Origin: Bacteroidales bacterium
GTDB taxonomy: Bacteria; Bacteroidota; Bacteroidia; Bacteroidales; WCHB1-69
Length of the DNA stretch: 64,000 nucleotides
NCBI GenBank assembly: GCA_016285085.1
Contig: JAEEQA010000004.1
Span: 13,836-77,835, forward strand
Reading direction: 5' to 3'
Shown here: positions 44,915 to 59,900 of the stretch, piece after piece
Numbering within the stretch: the first letter of the stretch is position 1
Layout of the letters: each line of letters begins with the position of its first letter
Notes under the pieces: model-generated
Told to the model about the DNA's origin: nothing
The model's database searches: none
What the model saw: the letters and a program-made list of their open reading frames with translations, nothing else
Translations under genes and position numbers: made by a program

Positions 44915-44942
44915 ATCCATAGCGGCCGGAGCCGCTATGGAT
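44915..44942 (-). terminator. GC-rich hairpin between the giant ORF and the OmpA-family gene (possible attenuator or terminator)
   Basis: ATCCATAGCGGC-cgga-GCCGCTATGGAT, a 12-bp stem 12 bp after the stop at 44954. The trailing U-tract is weak. No TAnnTTTG box was seen between it and the OmpA-family gene start. Confidence 0.4.
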
Positions 44943-44953
44943 AGGATTGCGTG

Positions 44954-47900
44954 TTATTTCACAATGATGAATTTAACCGTCTTAACATCGTTCGTACCGG
45001 TTACAATACGTCCGAAGTATGTACCCTGCGCTTCGAAGCCGCTAACCTTCGTGATAACCTGGAGGTTGGTGACATGTTGTACGAGGGCACCCTTGGCGTC
45101 ATAGATGTCGAGGTAAGCACCATTCAGTTCTTCGTCGCTCAACGGGAGCTCAACAGTGATTTCGACACCAACGTTGGCAGGAACAGGATAGACACGGATC
45201 TGCGGGTTCGTGGCAATCATCATTTCACAGGTCATGTACTCATTACCCAGATCATCGATGACATACAGGCTGTAGAAGCCGTTGAGACCACCAACCTCCT
45301 GATAGTACTGGTCGTTAGCACCCGGGATGGCTTCACCGTTTCTGTACCACTGGTAGTACACGAAGGTGTGACCACCGTTGGTTGCAGGATTGTTGTTGCA
45401 GACAACAACGTCATCCCACTTCTGATCCATAATCTGAGTGATACCGTAGTTACCCCAGAGAATCTGAACCGTAACATCATATTCGCAACCGTCAATGATG
45501 ATACCGAAGTGGTATGTACCAGGCTCGCTCGTCGGCATGTAAACCGTGGCCGTGTTGTTGGTCAGGTCGAGGATGTCGAAGGAGTAGTCGAAGCCAAGAT
45601 TGTCATAGTCGTCGATCTCGAACCAGACAGTGTCACGATCATCGTTGACCGTCAAGTTGTTGAACAAGAACGTTGCAGTCGGATGGTCTCCTTCCGGACA
45701 GATGGAAACACTGTCAACCACAATCTCGAAGTGAGAAATGACAACCGTAACCGTGTTAGTGTTGACCACCTCACCATCGCAGTATCTGTCAGACAACTGG
45801 AAGACCTGGTAGGTCGTGGACACATTCGGTGTAACCTCGATAGAGTACTGATGCGAGTAAGTGGTGTGCTCGGTAATGACACCAGTGGTCATATCCTGCA
45901 GTGAGAAGTGGAACGGAGCAGTACCCGTGAAGGTGAAGTTAATCGTAGCATTGTCATCACCGTTGTTCCAGCAGAGAATGTCGGAACCGTTACCGAGAGT
46001 CATAGTAACTGTCGGATGTTCGTGTACAGTGATGATGTTACCGGAGAGGTTCGGCGTGTTGCTCGGAGCGCAGTTGGTGTTGGACGGAGCCACGTAAGTC
46101 GGGTAGTAAACGTATGTACCCGGAGTGCTTGCGTAGTCGCAAGAAACACCACCCAATCCGCAGGAGACAAGGTTCACGTCATTCAGGTCGGTAACAGGAG
46201 CATAGACCCACTGGATGTACGAACCAGTCTGGTGGTTGGCATCTTCGACACCGCCTTCGATGTAGGCGATGAGAGTGACGCGCTCACCTTCGCAGATGTC
46301 AGAGTTGCCGCTGGCAGTAGTGACAACAGCCTCTGTCCATCTCGGCTGGTAGAGGACGTGTACCGTAACATTGTCAGAGGTGGCACGACAGCCCGTAGCA
46401 GCGGCGTAGGTGACACCCACAGAGTAGTTGTAGGTACCGACGAGATCATTCGTATCCGTGTAGATAGTGGTCATATTGTCGTAAGCGGAGATACGAGCGC
46501 TGTTGCGTCTCCAGACGATGGTCGGTTCACCAACACCGCCTTCGATGACAGCGTTGAGTTCAACATAACCACCTTCGCAAACCTGGAGGATACCAGCGTA
46601 GTTGATACCAACGTACGGCTGATCAACCACTTCAATATTCACAGTCTGGACATCCGACTGGCAACCAGTGTTGTAGCTGTTGTTCACCGTAGCAAACACG
46701 CTGCAGGTTACCGTACCCGTATGGTCAGGTGTGATCGTAATCGTGTTGGAAGCACCCGTGCTGTAGTTGCGACCATCAACAACCCAAGTGTAGAGGACAT
46801 TGCTGTTGTCAGCATTCAGGTTGTCCGTCATTGAAGCCGTCAGCGTAACGGTACCACCGATACACATCTGGTTCTCAGGCAGAGAGGTCACAATGCTGTC
46901 GATAGTCGGGTCAGCCACAACGGTATAGGTGAAGGTAGCCGTAGCTCTGCAATCAATATCGTAGGTGGCGTTCCAAACCTCAACACTGTAAGTATAGGTA
47001 CCGGCAGCAAGTGTAGCATCCGTGGTGATAGCGGCGGTATTGAAGCCAAGAGCCATACCGTCTCTGTACCAAGCGTAGTTGTAACTGTTACCAGTCAGCA
47101 TCGGATAGACATTGGCTGTGAGCTCAACACTACCGCCTTCGCAGACCGCTTCATAACCAGAGATGGTAACTGTCGGGACAGCGATGACATTGGCATTGAC
47201 TGGTTCAGAAATCGCGTTGCAACCTGTCAGGTCAGCAGGCGTGATTTCAACTCTATAGATATAGTTACCAGCCACCAGTGAAGCATCCGTAGTGTAGGTG
47301 TCACTGTTGGAGCCAACAACTTCGTTGTCTCTGTACCAAGTGTAGTTGTAGGTGACACCGGCAACCGTTTCGGTTACCACAGCGTTCATCGTAACCACAC
47401 CGCCTTCGCAAACGTCAGCATTGTTGACGATGGCAACCACAGGATCAGCAACCACATTGGCAGTGACCACACCCGAGGTGACGGTGCAACCAGAGATCGG
47501 GTTGTTGACCGTTACAGAGTAGCTGTAGGAACCAAGTGCCAGGAGCGTATCCGTGGTGTAGGTGGACTCGGTAGCGCCAGCGATAATCTGAGCGTGACCG
47601 CCTTCAACTCTATTCCACTGATAAGTTACGTTAGCACCATAGGTTTCGTCAACTTCAGCATTCAAGGTGATCTGGCCACCGACACAGACGTTGGCAGCAC
47701 CGCTGATTTCAACCGTAGGAGCAGTGACCACGGAAACGATGACCGTGTTGGATTCACCATCGCAAGCCACACCGTTAGCGCGAACTGTTACATAGTAGCT
47801 GTAGTCAGCTGCCGGCAGCGTGGCATCCGTAGTCAGAGTCGGGTTGGTCTCACCGGCGAGGATGATACCGTTGCGATACCACTGATACTGGTATTCAATA

Positions 47901-50900
47901 CCGTCGATACCATTATCAATGTGGTGGACATACAACTGGGTTGAACCACCTTCGCAAACCGTGGTGTCGTAGTCAACATTGACAGCGATGAACGGAGCAG
48001 GATCGTCAACAACCGTGAAGGTGTAAACGCCTGTGTTACCCTGGACAGCCGTGTTGACATCGCAACCGTAGGCATTGTCTTCGAAGGACATAACCACAGT
48101 GTAGTTATAGGTTCCGGCAGCAAGCGTATCCGGGATGACGTAGGTGTTACCTGTGCCAACCTGTTCGCCGTTGTTGAACCAAGTGTAGGTGGGAGTACCC
48201 ATACCGTTGATCTGGTCAACACCGCCTGTGTAAGAGGCGTTCAAGGTAGCAGTACCGCCGACACAAACCGTGCTTGCGCCATTGTTGTCGATGTCAACCA
48301 AAGTGACAATCGGGTCAGCAACAACGTTGATAGCAACAGCCTGAGCCATCGTGGAGGTGATGCAGCCAGGAGCGCTTTCCACAACAACGTGGACCATGTA
48401 CGGAGTCTCTCTTGCAGCCAGGCCTTCGGCAACATACACATTCGTGTCGTAACCAACCTGTTCGTTGTCCAAGTACCACTGATACGTGTACGTTTCGTTG
48501 GCAGGATCAACATTGGCCGTCAGTGTGACATTGCCACCGTCGCAAACCGTGAGAGAACCATCGGTTACAACACTGACCGTAGCGTGCGGGTTCACCGTCA
48601 CAACCGGAGCAGCAACCTCTTCGGAGGTACAACCGCTGGCGGTCAGGGTCACGATAGCACTATAGATAATCTCAGTGACATCGTTGTCAACAACTGTCGG
48701 GTAGTCAGTGAAGGTGTTGGAAGTGTAACCATCCATTCTTTCACCATTCTTGTACCAAGTGTAGGTAGCCTCGCCGAGGACATCTTCAAGGTTTGCATTG
48801 GCTGTCACCACAACAGCACCACCGTCGCAAACAACCGTGTTGTTCACAGTAATGTCGGTGATGGCCGGATCGTTGTGGACATTGATGACAACGTCAGCAG
48901 AACCGATGCAGTCGGAAGTGGTCTGGTAAACGAGCACCGTGTAGGTGTAAGTACCAGCTCTCAGGTCATTCGGAGTGACATAGGTCTCTTCGTTGGCACC
49001 GTGGATGGTGTCACCTTCGAGCAACCACTGGTAGGTCAAGTTCTCAGCATTTCTGTCAATGATGTGGGACACCAAGGTGGTGGTGCCGCCGACACAGTAG
49101 TCAGCTTCAACAGCCTCAGCATTCACAACAGGAGCAGCCTTCACAAGGACATTGAAATCGTCGCCAGTGGTGCAACCGTTTTCGTTGTGGACAACCACCT
49201 GGAATTCGTACGGATTAACGTTCGGCTCAAGAACAGTGTCAAGTACGTTCGTCGTGAAGCCGAGAGTGTTGTTGAACAATCTCCATTCATAGGTGAAGCC
49301 GTCAACGAGATCGCTGTGGTCATTGACATTGGCCGTCAAGTGGACAGAAGTAGCATTGTCACCCGAACCGCAGATGACCGGGTCTCCAGCGATGACAACC
49401 GTCGGGTTCGGACGGACCGTCACCGTGATGGTGGAGGAGTCAGTCACAACAGACTGGCAACCAGAAGCGGTCAGGGTAGCAATCACCGTGTAGGTGTAGG
49501 TAGTGATGTCGTTGTCAACCGTGACAGGCGACTCAGTCAGAGTGGCATCGTGAGCGTCAACAAGCTCTTCGCCGTTTCTGGTCCAGGTGTAAGTAGCTTC
49601 ACCGAGGACTTCATCGTAATTGGCTGTAGCCGTCAGAGTGAACTCACCACCATCGCAAATCACGGTGTCTTCATCGCTGATAGCCAAGGAGACGGTCGGG
49701 TCTTCGTGGACAGTGACCGTAACGGTGGCTCTGGACAGGCAAGAGGTTGTGGGTTGAGCAACCAAAACTTCAAACGTATAGTCTGCAACAGTATCAAGTG
49801 TAGTAGTGTAGGCAGCGCTGGTGGCACCTGCAATACTGTCGGAACCGAGCATCCACTGATAGGTCAGACCTTCAATATTGTAGTTGTCAAGATGTGCGCT
49901 CACCGTCACCTGACCACCTGCGCAGATGTCAGTTTCGGAAGTGAGAGCGGTGACAACAACCGGTTCGTGGACGGTTACGTCAAACACTTCGCTGGTCGTC
50001 GTGCAACCATTTTCATTGCGTACAATTACAGTGAAGAGATACGGCTCGTCATTGGGTTCGAGAACGATGTTGAGTTCTGAACCGTCAGCACCGCTGATAA
50101 CTCTTGCATCCGTGCTGTCAATTGTTCTGGTGAACAGTCTCCATTCGTAGGTGTAACCGTCAGCATCCGTAATAGTGTCATTGACATTGGCAATGAGCTT
50201 GCAAGTGTCAAGGCCTTCGCCGGCACCGCAGATGTTGTGGTCGCCTTCGATTTCAACCACAGGATTACCATAGACATGGACATCGATTGTGGAGGAGTCG
50301 CTGATGACAGACTGGCAGCCAGACTGTGCAAGGGTAACAATGACCTGGTAACGGTAGTCAGTGACATCACCGTCAACCGTAACCGGGGAGTCGGTCAGGA
50401 CACTGTCAGTAGCATTTTCAACTCTGACACCATTTCTGAACCATGTGAACACCGGTTCGCCAAGTTCAGGATCGTAGCTGGCCGTAGCCGTCAAAGTGAT
50501 CTGGCCACCGTCGCAGATGTTCGTGTCAGGTGTCTCGTCGCTGATGGCGAGGGTGACAGTAGGATCGTTGTGGACAGTGACAGAATCACTACCGTAGGCC
50601 ACGCAACCGGAGGTCGGCTGGTAAATCTTCACGAAGAAGGTGTATGTATCAGCCGTATCCAGCGTGGTGGTGTAAGTGGACTGAGTGGCACCGCCAATCA
50701 TATCGGCATCGGTGGTGTCTTCAGCAAACCACTGGTAGGTCAAGTTCGGCATGTTGTAGTCACCGATGTTGGCCGTGAAGGTGACAGTACCGCCTTCACA
50801 GATGTCAGTTTCATCAACCGTCACAACGATGCTGGCCGTATCGTTCACATAAACATAGAAGTCGGCACTTTCATTGGTGCAACCGTTCGGGTTGTGGACG

Positions 50901-53900
50901 ATGACCTTGAAGATGTACGGGTTGTCGCTCACGGTCAAACCGTAGTCGAGAACCATCGTGTCAGCCACACCATTGATCAAGCTATCATCCGTAGCATCAA
51001 TTGTGCGGTTGAACAATCTCCATTCGTAGGTGTAACCGTCAACATCGGCCACCGTGTCGTTCAGGTGAGCAGTCAAGTGAGCAACCGTGCGGTTCAAACC
51101 AGCACCACAGATAATCGGGTCACCTTCAATCTGAACAGTGCTGTTCGGATAGACGTGGACGTTCATTGTGGAGTTGCTGTCGATGACAGACTGGCAACCG
51201 GAAGCAGTCAGCGTCACAAGAACCTGATAGGTGTAGTTCGTGAGGTCGCCGTCAACCGTAACCGGGGATTCCGTAATCACACTGTCAGTAGCATTGAGGA
51301 TTTCAACACCGTTTCTGAACCATGTGTAGGTCGGAGTACCGAGGTTCTCATCGTAAGAAGCATGGGCAACCAAGGTGAACTGACCACCTTCGCAGATGTT
51401 CGTGTCGCCGTCGCTGATGGTGATCGAATCAATGATCGGGTCAGCGTGGACATTGACTTGGACAGAAGCAACGGTGTAGCAAGAGGAGTTCGGTTGTGAC
51501 ACAACTACGAAGAAGGTCGTGGTGTCCTCAAGCGTCGTGGTATAGGTGGACTCGGTAGCACCGTCAATAATGTTGGCGACGAAGCTGGAATCCGTATCAC
51601 CGACCAGCGTAGTATTCGTTGTCGTGTCGGTGGCCTGGTACCACTGGTAGGTCAGTCCTTCAATATTATAGTTGTCGAGGTGAGCGCTGACGGTAACTTC
51701 ACCACCCTTACAGATGTCGGTTTCCGTCGTGAGAGCCGTCACAGCAACCGCCTTGTTGACGATAGCATAGAACGGTTCGCTGATAGTCGTACAACCATTC
51801 GTATTATGAACCGTCACCGTGAAGATGTAAGGTTCGTCATTGGGTTCGAGAACCATATTCAGGATAGCTGTTTCAGCACCCCAAATCATGTCAGCGCTGT
51901 CTTCGAGGGTTCTGTTGAACAGTCTCCATTCGTAGGTGTAACCGTCAGCAACAACCGTGTCATTGACATTAGCTGTAAGTACGAGAGTATCCATACCGAT
52001 GCCATCACCGCAGATGAAGTGGTCACCTTCGATTTCAACAGTCGGGTTCGGGAACACGTTCACAACCATAGTGGAGGAATCAGTGATGACAGACTGGCAA
52101 CCGGAAGCCGTCAGCGTGGCAATCACCTGATAGACGTAGCGCGTGCTGTCACCGTCAACGGTCAGCGGGCTCTCCACGAGGACACTGTCATGAGCGTTCT
52201 CAATTTCAAAGCCGTTTCTGAACCAAGTGAAGGTGGGAACACCAAGAGCCATCGTGTCGTACTCAACATGAGCAGTCAACATGACCTGACCACCGTCGCA
52301 GATGATAGTATCCTGATCGTAGATAGTCAACTTCACAGTAGGATCATCATAGACATTGATGGTGATAGCAGCCTGGCTCAAGCAAGAGCTGGTGGTCTGG
52401 ACAAGGTCAACATAGAAGGTCGTGGTGGAATCCAGAACCGTGGTGTACGTTGATGAGGTAGCACCCGGGATGGTGTCTTTCACCGTGTCGTTGATGCTCT
52501 GTTCGTACCACTGGTAAGTGAGGCTCGGCACATTGTAGTCGCCCAGGTTGGCGAACAAGGTGACTTCACCACCTCTACAAATGTCGGTTTCGCTAGCCGT
52601 AATCACAAGGCTTGTCGTATCGTTAACAAACACCGGGAATTCTTCGCTGGAGGTAGAGCAGCCGTTCTCATTCCATACATGTACGGTGAAGAGGTACGGG
52701 TTCTCGCTCGGGGCAGCAAGTACTTCGAGTACATTGCTGTCAGCACCAGCAACCACCATAGGATCATCTGCAGTAAGCGTGCGGTTGACCAGTCTCCATT
52801 CGTAGGTGAAGCCATCAACGCGAGCAGATGTATCATTCACATTGGCAATCAGGCGGATGGTGTCAAGTTCGTTACCAGCACCGCAGATAACCGGGTCACC
52901 TTCAATCTGAACAGTAGCGTTCGGGAGGATGGTGATAACTCTTGTGGAGTTGGAATCAATTACAGACTGACAACCGGAAGCTGACATCGTCACAAACACA
53001 GTGTAGGTGTGGTTGATACTGTCGTTGTCCACCGTCATCGGATGTTCGGTGAGGACAGAATCGCGAGCACCGACGATTTCAACACCGTCTCTGAACCAAG
53101 TGTAGGTAGCGATACCGAGGACACTGTCAACCGTCGTGTGGGCTGTGAGAGTGAACTCACCACCGGCGCAAATGACAGTATCGTTGTCGCTAACAGTGAT
53201 GGAATCGATGACCGGGTCTGCATGGACATTGATTTCAATATTATCAATGTCGAAGCATTCTGAACGAGTTCTGTAAACTCTCACAGAGAACTTGTTGACA
53301 CCAGTGTCAGTCAAAGCATTCGTCGTGTAGGTGTACTGCGTAGCACCATAGATTTCATGAGCGAGGTCAACCGTATCGGTGGTGTACCACTGGAAGGTGA
53401 GATCGTCCATGTGATAGTTCTCAAGATTGGCCGTGAGAGTCACACTACCGCCGACACAAATGTCAGTTTCAGTGGAAGTAATCTCAACAATCGGCTTCTC
53501 TTCAACATAGACCTCGAATTGTTCACTCATCGTTCTGCAACCATTGCCTCTGGTAACCTCGACGGAAATCAGGTACGGGTTCGGACGAGCGGTGAAGTAT
53601 TCGCTGTAGAACTTACTGTCACCATAACCATAGGCCATGTTGTCTCTCAACTGACCGGATTCATACCAAGTGTAGTGGAGGCCTCCAACATTGATGGAAG
53701 AGGTGTCAACATTGGCAATGCAGAAGATAGGATCAGTTTCGCAAATGTACGGGTCACCAGTGACTTCAACACGCGGGTTCATGTAAACATTGAGTCTTTC
53801 GGATGAAGTCGGCAGTGACGTACAGCCGGAAGCAGTCTGGTGAACCACAGCAGTATAGACATAGTAGGTGTCGTCATCGTCCACAGCGAATTCACGCGTG

Positions 53901-56900
53901 TTATCGGTGAAGGTATTACCTGTCACACCCTCAATGAGTTCACCATTTCTGTACCAAGTGTAGAAGTACGGATATTCAACCGTGTCAACACCACCATGAG
54001 CGTAGGCCGTAATGGTCGGCTGACCACCGTAGCACATGTCATAGTAGCTGAGGATGACCGTATCAACAACCGGAATCTTGTTCACGTTGATCTGGATGGA
54101 ATCATAGGAGTAGCATTCAGAGCCAACCTGATAGACATCCACATAGTACATCGTGGTGTCGGTCGGATCAACCGTGATGACACGCTGCATACCACCGTCA
54201 ATGCTGTCGATGACACCCGTCTCAATGTTTCTGTAGTGCCAACGATACATCAGGTTGTTCAGGTTGTAGTTGTCAATGTTGGCTGTCAGGACCGTGCTGC
54301 CGCCTTCACAGAACGTCTCTTCATAGGCAGTCACTTCAACCACCGGACGCGGGTTGACAACCACGGAGAACACTTCGCTTTCGGAAGTACAGCCGTGCTC
54401 GTTGGCAACCACCACCGTGTAGTTGTAAGCGTGGTCTCTCGGAGCCTTCACTTCAAAGATCGTGTCATGGCCAACTAGCGGCTCACGAATCGTATCGTTG
54501 TCAAGCAACCATGTGTAAGTCAGGTTAGCTGTAGCATAGTCATAGGTCACATTTGCCGTCAGGTAGATCGTGCTATCCTGGCAGATGAGCGGATCGCCGC
54601 TGATGACAACATACGGGTTCGGGTTGACCGTCAGAGTGTCAGCATAAGCGCGGACAGACTCACAACCGGCAGCATCCTGACGAACCGTAGCGGAGAAGAC
54701 ATACTCAGTGATGTCACCGTCAACCGTGAGGTCGCTCACAGTGAAGGTAGAATCAGTATAGCCTTCCATCAGCTCATTGTTACGATACCATGTGAAGATG
54801 TACGGGAATTCAGTAGAATCAACACCGCCGTGAGCGTGAGCTGTAACCGTCACTTGACCGCCGTCACAAATGTCATAGATAGAGAGGACAATCGTGTCGA
54901 TGACAGGATCCGGACGGACAAACACTGTATCAAAGCCATAGGTTTCGCAAGCAGACGGAGTCTGGAACACGCGCACCCAGAATACGGTGGTCTCGTGAAC
55001 CTCAGTAGTCAGAGTGGACTGCGTGGCACCCCAGATCTGGTTGGCAGCGGTTGTGTCACCCTTGTACCATCTGTAGGTCAGGTCGCTGTCATTGTAGTCA
55101 CCGAGGTTGGCAGTCAACGTAACAACGCCGTCTGTGCAAATCGTATCCTCAGTAGAGGTGACTTCAACAACAATCGTGTCATTTACATATACATAATACG
55201 GAGCGCTTTCAACGCGGCAACCATGCGGGTTGTCAACAACCACTGTGTAGACATAGGCGTAATCCTGAGGACCGCGGACATCAACAATGGTATCCTGTGT
55301 AGTGGAAGCATCGCGGATTGTATCGTTGTAGAGCAACCATGTATAGGTAAGTTCAGCATTCATGTAGTCATTCGTAACATTGGCTGAAAGCATGATTACA
55401 CTGTCTTCGCAGATAATCGGGTCACCAGCAATAACCACGGTCGGGTTCGGGTAAACCGTCAGCGTGTCAGAAGCGAATGTTCTGGCAGACAGACAGCCAG
55501 AGGAGGCCTGCGTCACGGTAGCGCTATAGACATACTTCGTGATATTACCATCAATCGTCAACGGGCTTTCCGTGAAGACAGAATCGGTAATACCTTCCAT
55601 CAGTTCATTGTTACGGTACCATGTGAAGACATACTCATCGCTCGGTACACCGCCAGTAGCGTGGGCCACGATCGTAACCTGGCCACCATCGCAAACACTG
55701 GTGTCGCTGATAACAACAGAGTCAATCACAGGATCATTCACCACTTCAACGCGGAAGGTGTCAAGAGCCGTGCAAAGGTCTGTCAGAGCAGCATACGGTG
55801 ATGAGCTATTCGTCAGACTTGAGTAAACTTCAACATAATACGTAGTAGAAGCATCAGGCATAACAGTGTAAACCGGCTCGTGAGCACCAAGTATTCTGTT
55901 GGCCTCAGTCAGCTCGTCTTTATACCACTGATAACGCAAGTATTCAAGGTTGTAGTTTTCAAGTGTGGCTGTCAAAGTAACCTCGCCACCATTACAGATA
56001 GTGTCTTCTGTGGCAACAATATGCGTAATGGGAGCTTCAACCATCACAACGTGGAACGGATCACTGAAGCCTGAGCAACCATTAGCGTCAATAACTTCAA
56101 CAATGTACTCGTGTGCCCAGTTGGTGGTAGGTCCAGCGACGCCATATTCAACATAGTCATAACGGTAGGAGTCTGCAGACTGGTTCAACTGACCATCTAA
56201 GTACCACTTATAGGTAGTAGAAGCAGGTGTATTCACAGCACCGTTGACCCAAGCAGTCAGGGTGACCGGACTATACTGGCAGACATACGGGCTACCAGAG
56301 ATAATAACCATAGGATTACGTGTCACCGTAATGGTATCGGAAATACCTCTGTTAGAGTAACGGCAGCCAGGAATATCCAGAACGATAGTCGAACTATAGA
56401 CATAGCGGGTCGTGTCGTCGTCTACGGTCAGCGGGCTCTCGCGGAACCACGGGCCACTCAAGAACGGATGCTCGAAGCCATTTCTGAACCACTCGTAGGT
56501 GAACAGCGTAGAATCAACACTGTTGCCATAGAGGTCGCGGACTGCAACAGTCACATCAACCTGACCACCATCGCAAATCTGGTGAGAGTTGGTAGCAACA
56601 TTCAAAGCAGTGACATTGTACACTTCAAACGGAGTTCTCGGCCATACATAGACAGAGTCAAAGCCCCATGCTTCGCAACCAGAGTTGGTCTGGGTGATCT
56701 TGAGGGCGAATCTGTTCCACAATGTGTCTGTCAACACATAGGTCAACCACGGTTCTCTACCGTAATCGATAGCAATCAAGGTGTCAACGCCAGCAGCAGT
56801 CGTGTCAATCTTGTACCACTGGAAGGTGAGATGACGGCTGTTGTAGTCAGCGATGTGAGCTGTGAACGTCACTTCACCACCGACGCACACGCTATCATAA

Positions 56901-59900
56901 TCAGAGGTAACAACAACATTGATAGAAGTAGAGTCATTAACATAGACCGGGAATTCATCGCTCAAGGTTGTGCAACCACGATTGTTCGACACCTGGACCG
57001 TGAAGAGGTACGGGTTGTCGGAAGCTTCCTTACGGATTCTCAGCGTATCAGTGGTGGCACTTGCAATACCTTCAATGTCGCGGTTGAAAAGTCTCCACTG
57101 GAAGTTGAACGGATAGTTAGCTGTATCATTCACATTGGCAACGAGGACAATGCTGTCATTTACCATGTTACAGATAATCGGGTCGCCAGAAATCTGGACG
57201 GTCGGGTTACCGTAAACAATGATTGCAGTATCAGCAGCATCCACACGGCAACCAGCATATTCCGGGAAGTAGGTCAGACCATAGACGTAACGGGTTGAAT
57301 CACCATCAACGGCCAACGGGCTGTCAAGGATTGTAGCACCATTAGCACCTTCGATGACAACGCCATTCTTGGTCCAAACGAAGCTTCCGCTTGTGATGGC
57401 TTCAAGAGCAGCACCAGCTTTCTTCTTGGCAGTCAGCTGGATTTCACCACCGCTACAAATTGTGTCATGGCCAACCAATTCGATAACAACGGTATCCGGA
57501 GTGGTCACTACAATCGTATCGTAACCGATAGCGAAACATTCAGAGGTCGTCTGAGAGACCTTTACCTGATAGTAAGTGGTCTTTTCCGGAGCAATGTTCA
57601 GGATCCGGCTGGTGCCGCCCCAAACTTCAATAGAATCATTTGAGCCTTCTTCTTTATAGTACCATCTGTACACTAAGTTGTCGGCATTGTAGTTACCCAA
57701 ATTAGCAGTCAATGTCACATCAGCACCGGCGCAAATGGTATCGACGCTGGAAGTGACCTCCACAAGAATTGTGTCGTTCACATAGACTGCATAAGGTTCG
57801 CTCATTGTGGTACAACCTCTGTCGTTGTAAATCTTCACAGTATAGAGGTACGGTTCATCTCTGAAGCCTTCCGTAAGTCTCAATGTATCACTGGTTTCAT
57901 TTTCGAGCATACGGTTGGATTCGTACCACTGATAGTGCAAATCGGTGAAGACAGCAGCCGTGTCCATATAGGCATGGAGGTAGATGTTGCCGGCCACAGA
58001 ATCGCATACAATAGCGTCACCAGAAATCTGGATAGTCGGGTTCGGATAGACGTAGATTGTAGTATCAATCAACGTGGAGTTACAACCTTCTTCAACAGGA
58101 ATGTACATGGCAGCATAAGTGTATGCCGTGGAGTCGCCGTCAACAACGACCGGGGAGTCGATGAGGGTATCCAGGTTGGCACCCGGGATCTGCTGACCAT
58201 TTCTGTACCAAATGTAGTAACCGTTAGCATGGTGTGTCACGCTCATTGAAATTTCTCCACCGAAGCAGATGTTAGTGTCGCTAACATGTTCAAACTTGAT
58301 GGTGGGAGCTGTCATGATCTTCACAGAATCAAAACCTTCTGCCACACAACCCGAGTTGGTCTGGAGTATCTTGACCTGATATTTCACCCAACCATTGGCA
58401 TCGGCTTCATCACTTGTCGGATGAACCGTCACAATACGTTCGGTTGCACCGTTAATGGGTTCGTACTGACCCAGGGACGTATTGTACTTGGACCAACGAT
58501 AGGTGAGGAATTCGTCATTGTAATCAGCAAGATGAGCTGTGAGAATTTCTTCTCCACCCGAGCAGATGGAATCTACGGTATGAGTGACTTCCACAATGAT
58601 GGAGTCATTTACATAAACATTGTACGGCTCGCTAATGACAGAGCAACCTCTTTCATTATTGGTTACGACAACCGTGAAGATGTAGGGCTGATCTGTAGGC
58701 TCAGCATTGTAAATCAATGTATCATGTGCTTCAGCAGTTGTACGGATCGTCTGGTTGAAGAGTCTCCATTCATAGCTGTAGGTCACACCGGCAATGGTAT
58801 CGTTGAGATTTGCCTGCAACATAATCACACTGTCTTCACAGATGATCTGGTCGCCGGAAATTTGAACCGTCGGGTTCGGGAATACATAGACAGTGCCTGT
58901 CTTCATTTCGGAAACACAACCGCTGTTCTCCTGTGAAATCACAACACCATAGACATAGACTGCGGTGTCACCCACTGTAGCAACAGCGATTTCACGGAGA
59001 ATTGAGTCGGTAGCACCCACAATTTCAACACCGTTCTTGTACCAAGTGTAAGTATAACCAACACCTGAAACACCCAGTGTATCGTTCGGAACAGCTGCAA
59101 TCTCAATCTGATAGCCATCGCAAACAGTGTCTTGGCTGATCACAATCGTGTCAACAGAAGGAACATTGTTCACCTTGACGTAGGCGTCTTTCACTGACTC
59201 ACAACGAGAGTCAAGATCGATCACAGTAACCGTGAGGGTATCCATACCCACGTTCAAGTCAGAGGTGACGAGTGTGGAGCTGAATGCACCGTCAACTGTC
59301 ACACCATTAACTTTCCATGTGTAGGAAACATTGGCATTCGGATTCAAGACATTGGCTGTAGCAACTGCTGTACCGCCCAAGCAGATGGTATCTTCTGCAA
59401 CTGTAACGACCACCGTCTGTGTATCAGCAATATTAATCGGCAGTACGTTACTGCGGACAGAGCAACCATTTCCGTAAGCAACTTCTAATTGATAGTTGTA
59501 AGCACTGCCACGGACATAATTCCAATTATCTGTGTACTCACCTTCCCAAGCATAACCAGGTACGGTATTGACAATAGGTGTAGTGAGTGAAGCTGCGGAA
59601 ACACCGTTGTCAACAAGGAGTGTCAATGTGCTGGAAGTATTATAGTTTCCAGTAATCTTGACAGCGATGTTAAAGTCGGTGTTCACACAATACGTGTCAT
59701 ATTCAGAGCTAATCTCCACGACCGGGTTAGCTGTAACCGTAACCATTGCTACATTAGAGATTGCAGACTGGCAAGCAGGAGCTTCTGCTGTAGCCATGAC
59801 CGTGTAGTTATGGACGGTATTGTCATTATCAACAGCATCAGGTGAAACGGTATAGACACTGTCGGTCACACCATTGATCAACTGACCATTGTCAAACCAT

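Noticed and set aside
48389-50080. Long plus-strand ORFs antisense to the giant gene (e.g. 48389..50080 at 563 aa, 60539..62032 at 497 aa, 50237..51499 at 420 aa, 44951..45904, 45908..46834).
   Set aside because: They lie entirely within, and opposite to, the continuous >6340-codon frame. Their translations are low-complexity (V/D/R/G/S-rich) with no recognisable motifs. They are shadow ORFs caused by the biased, repetitive codon content of the adhesin gene.
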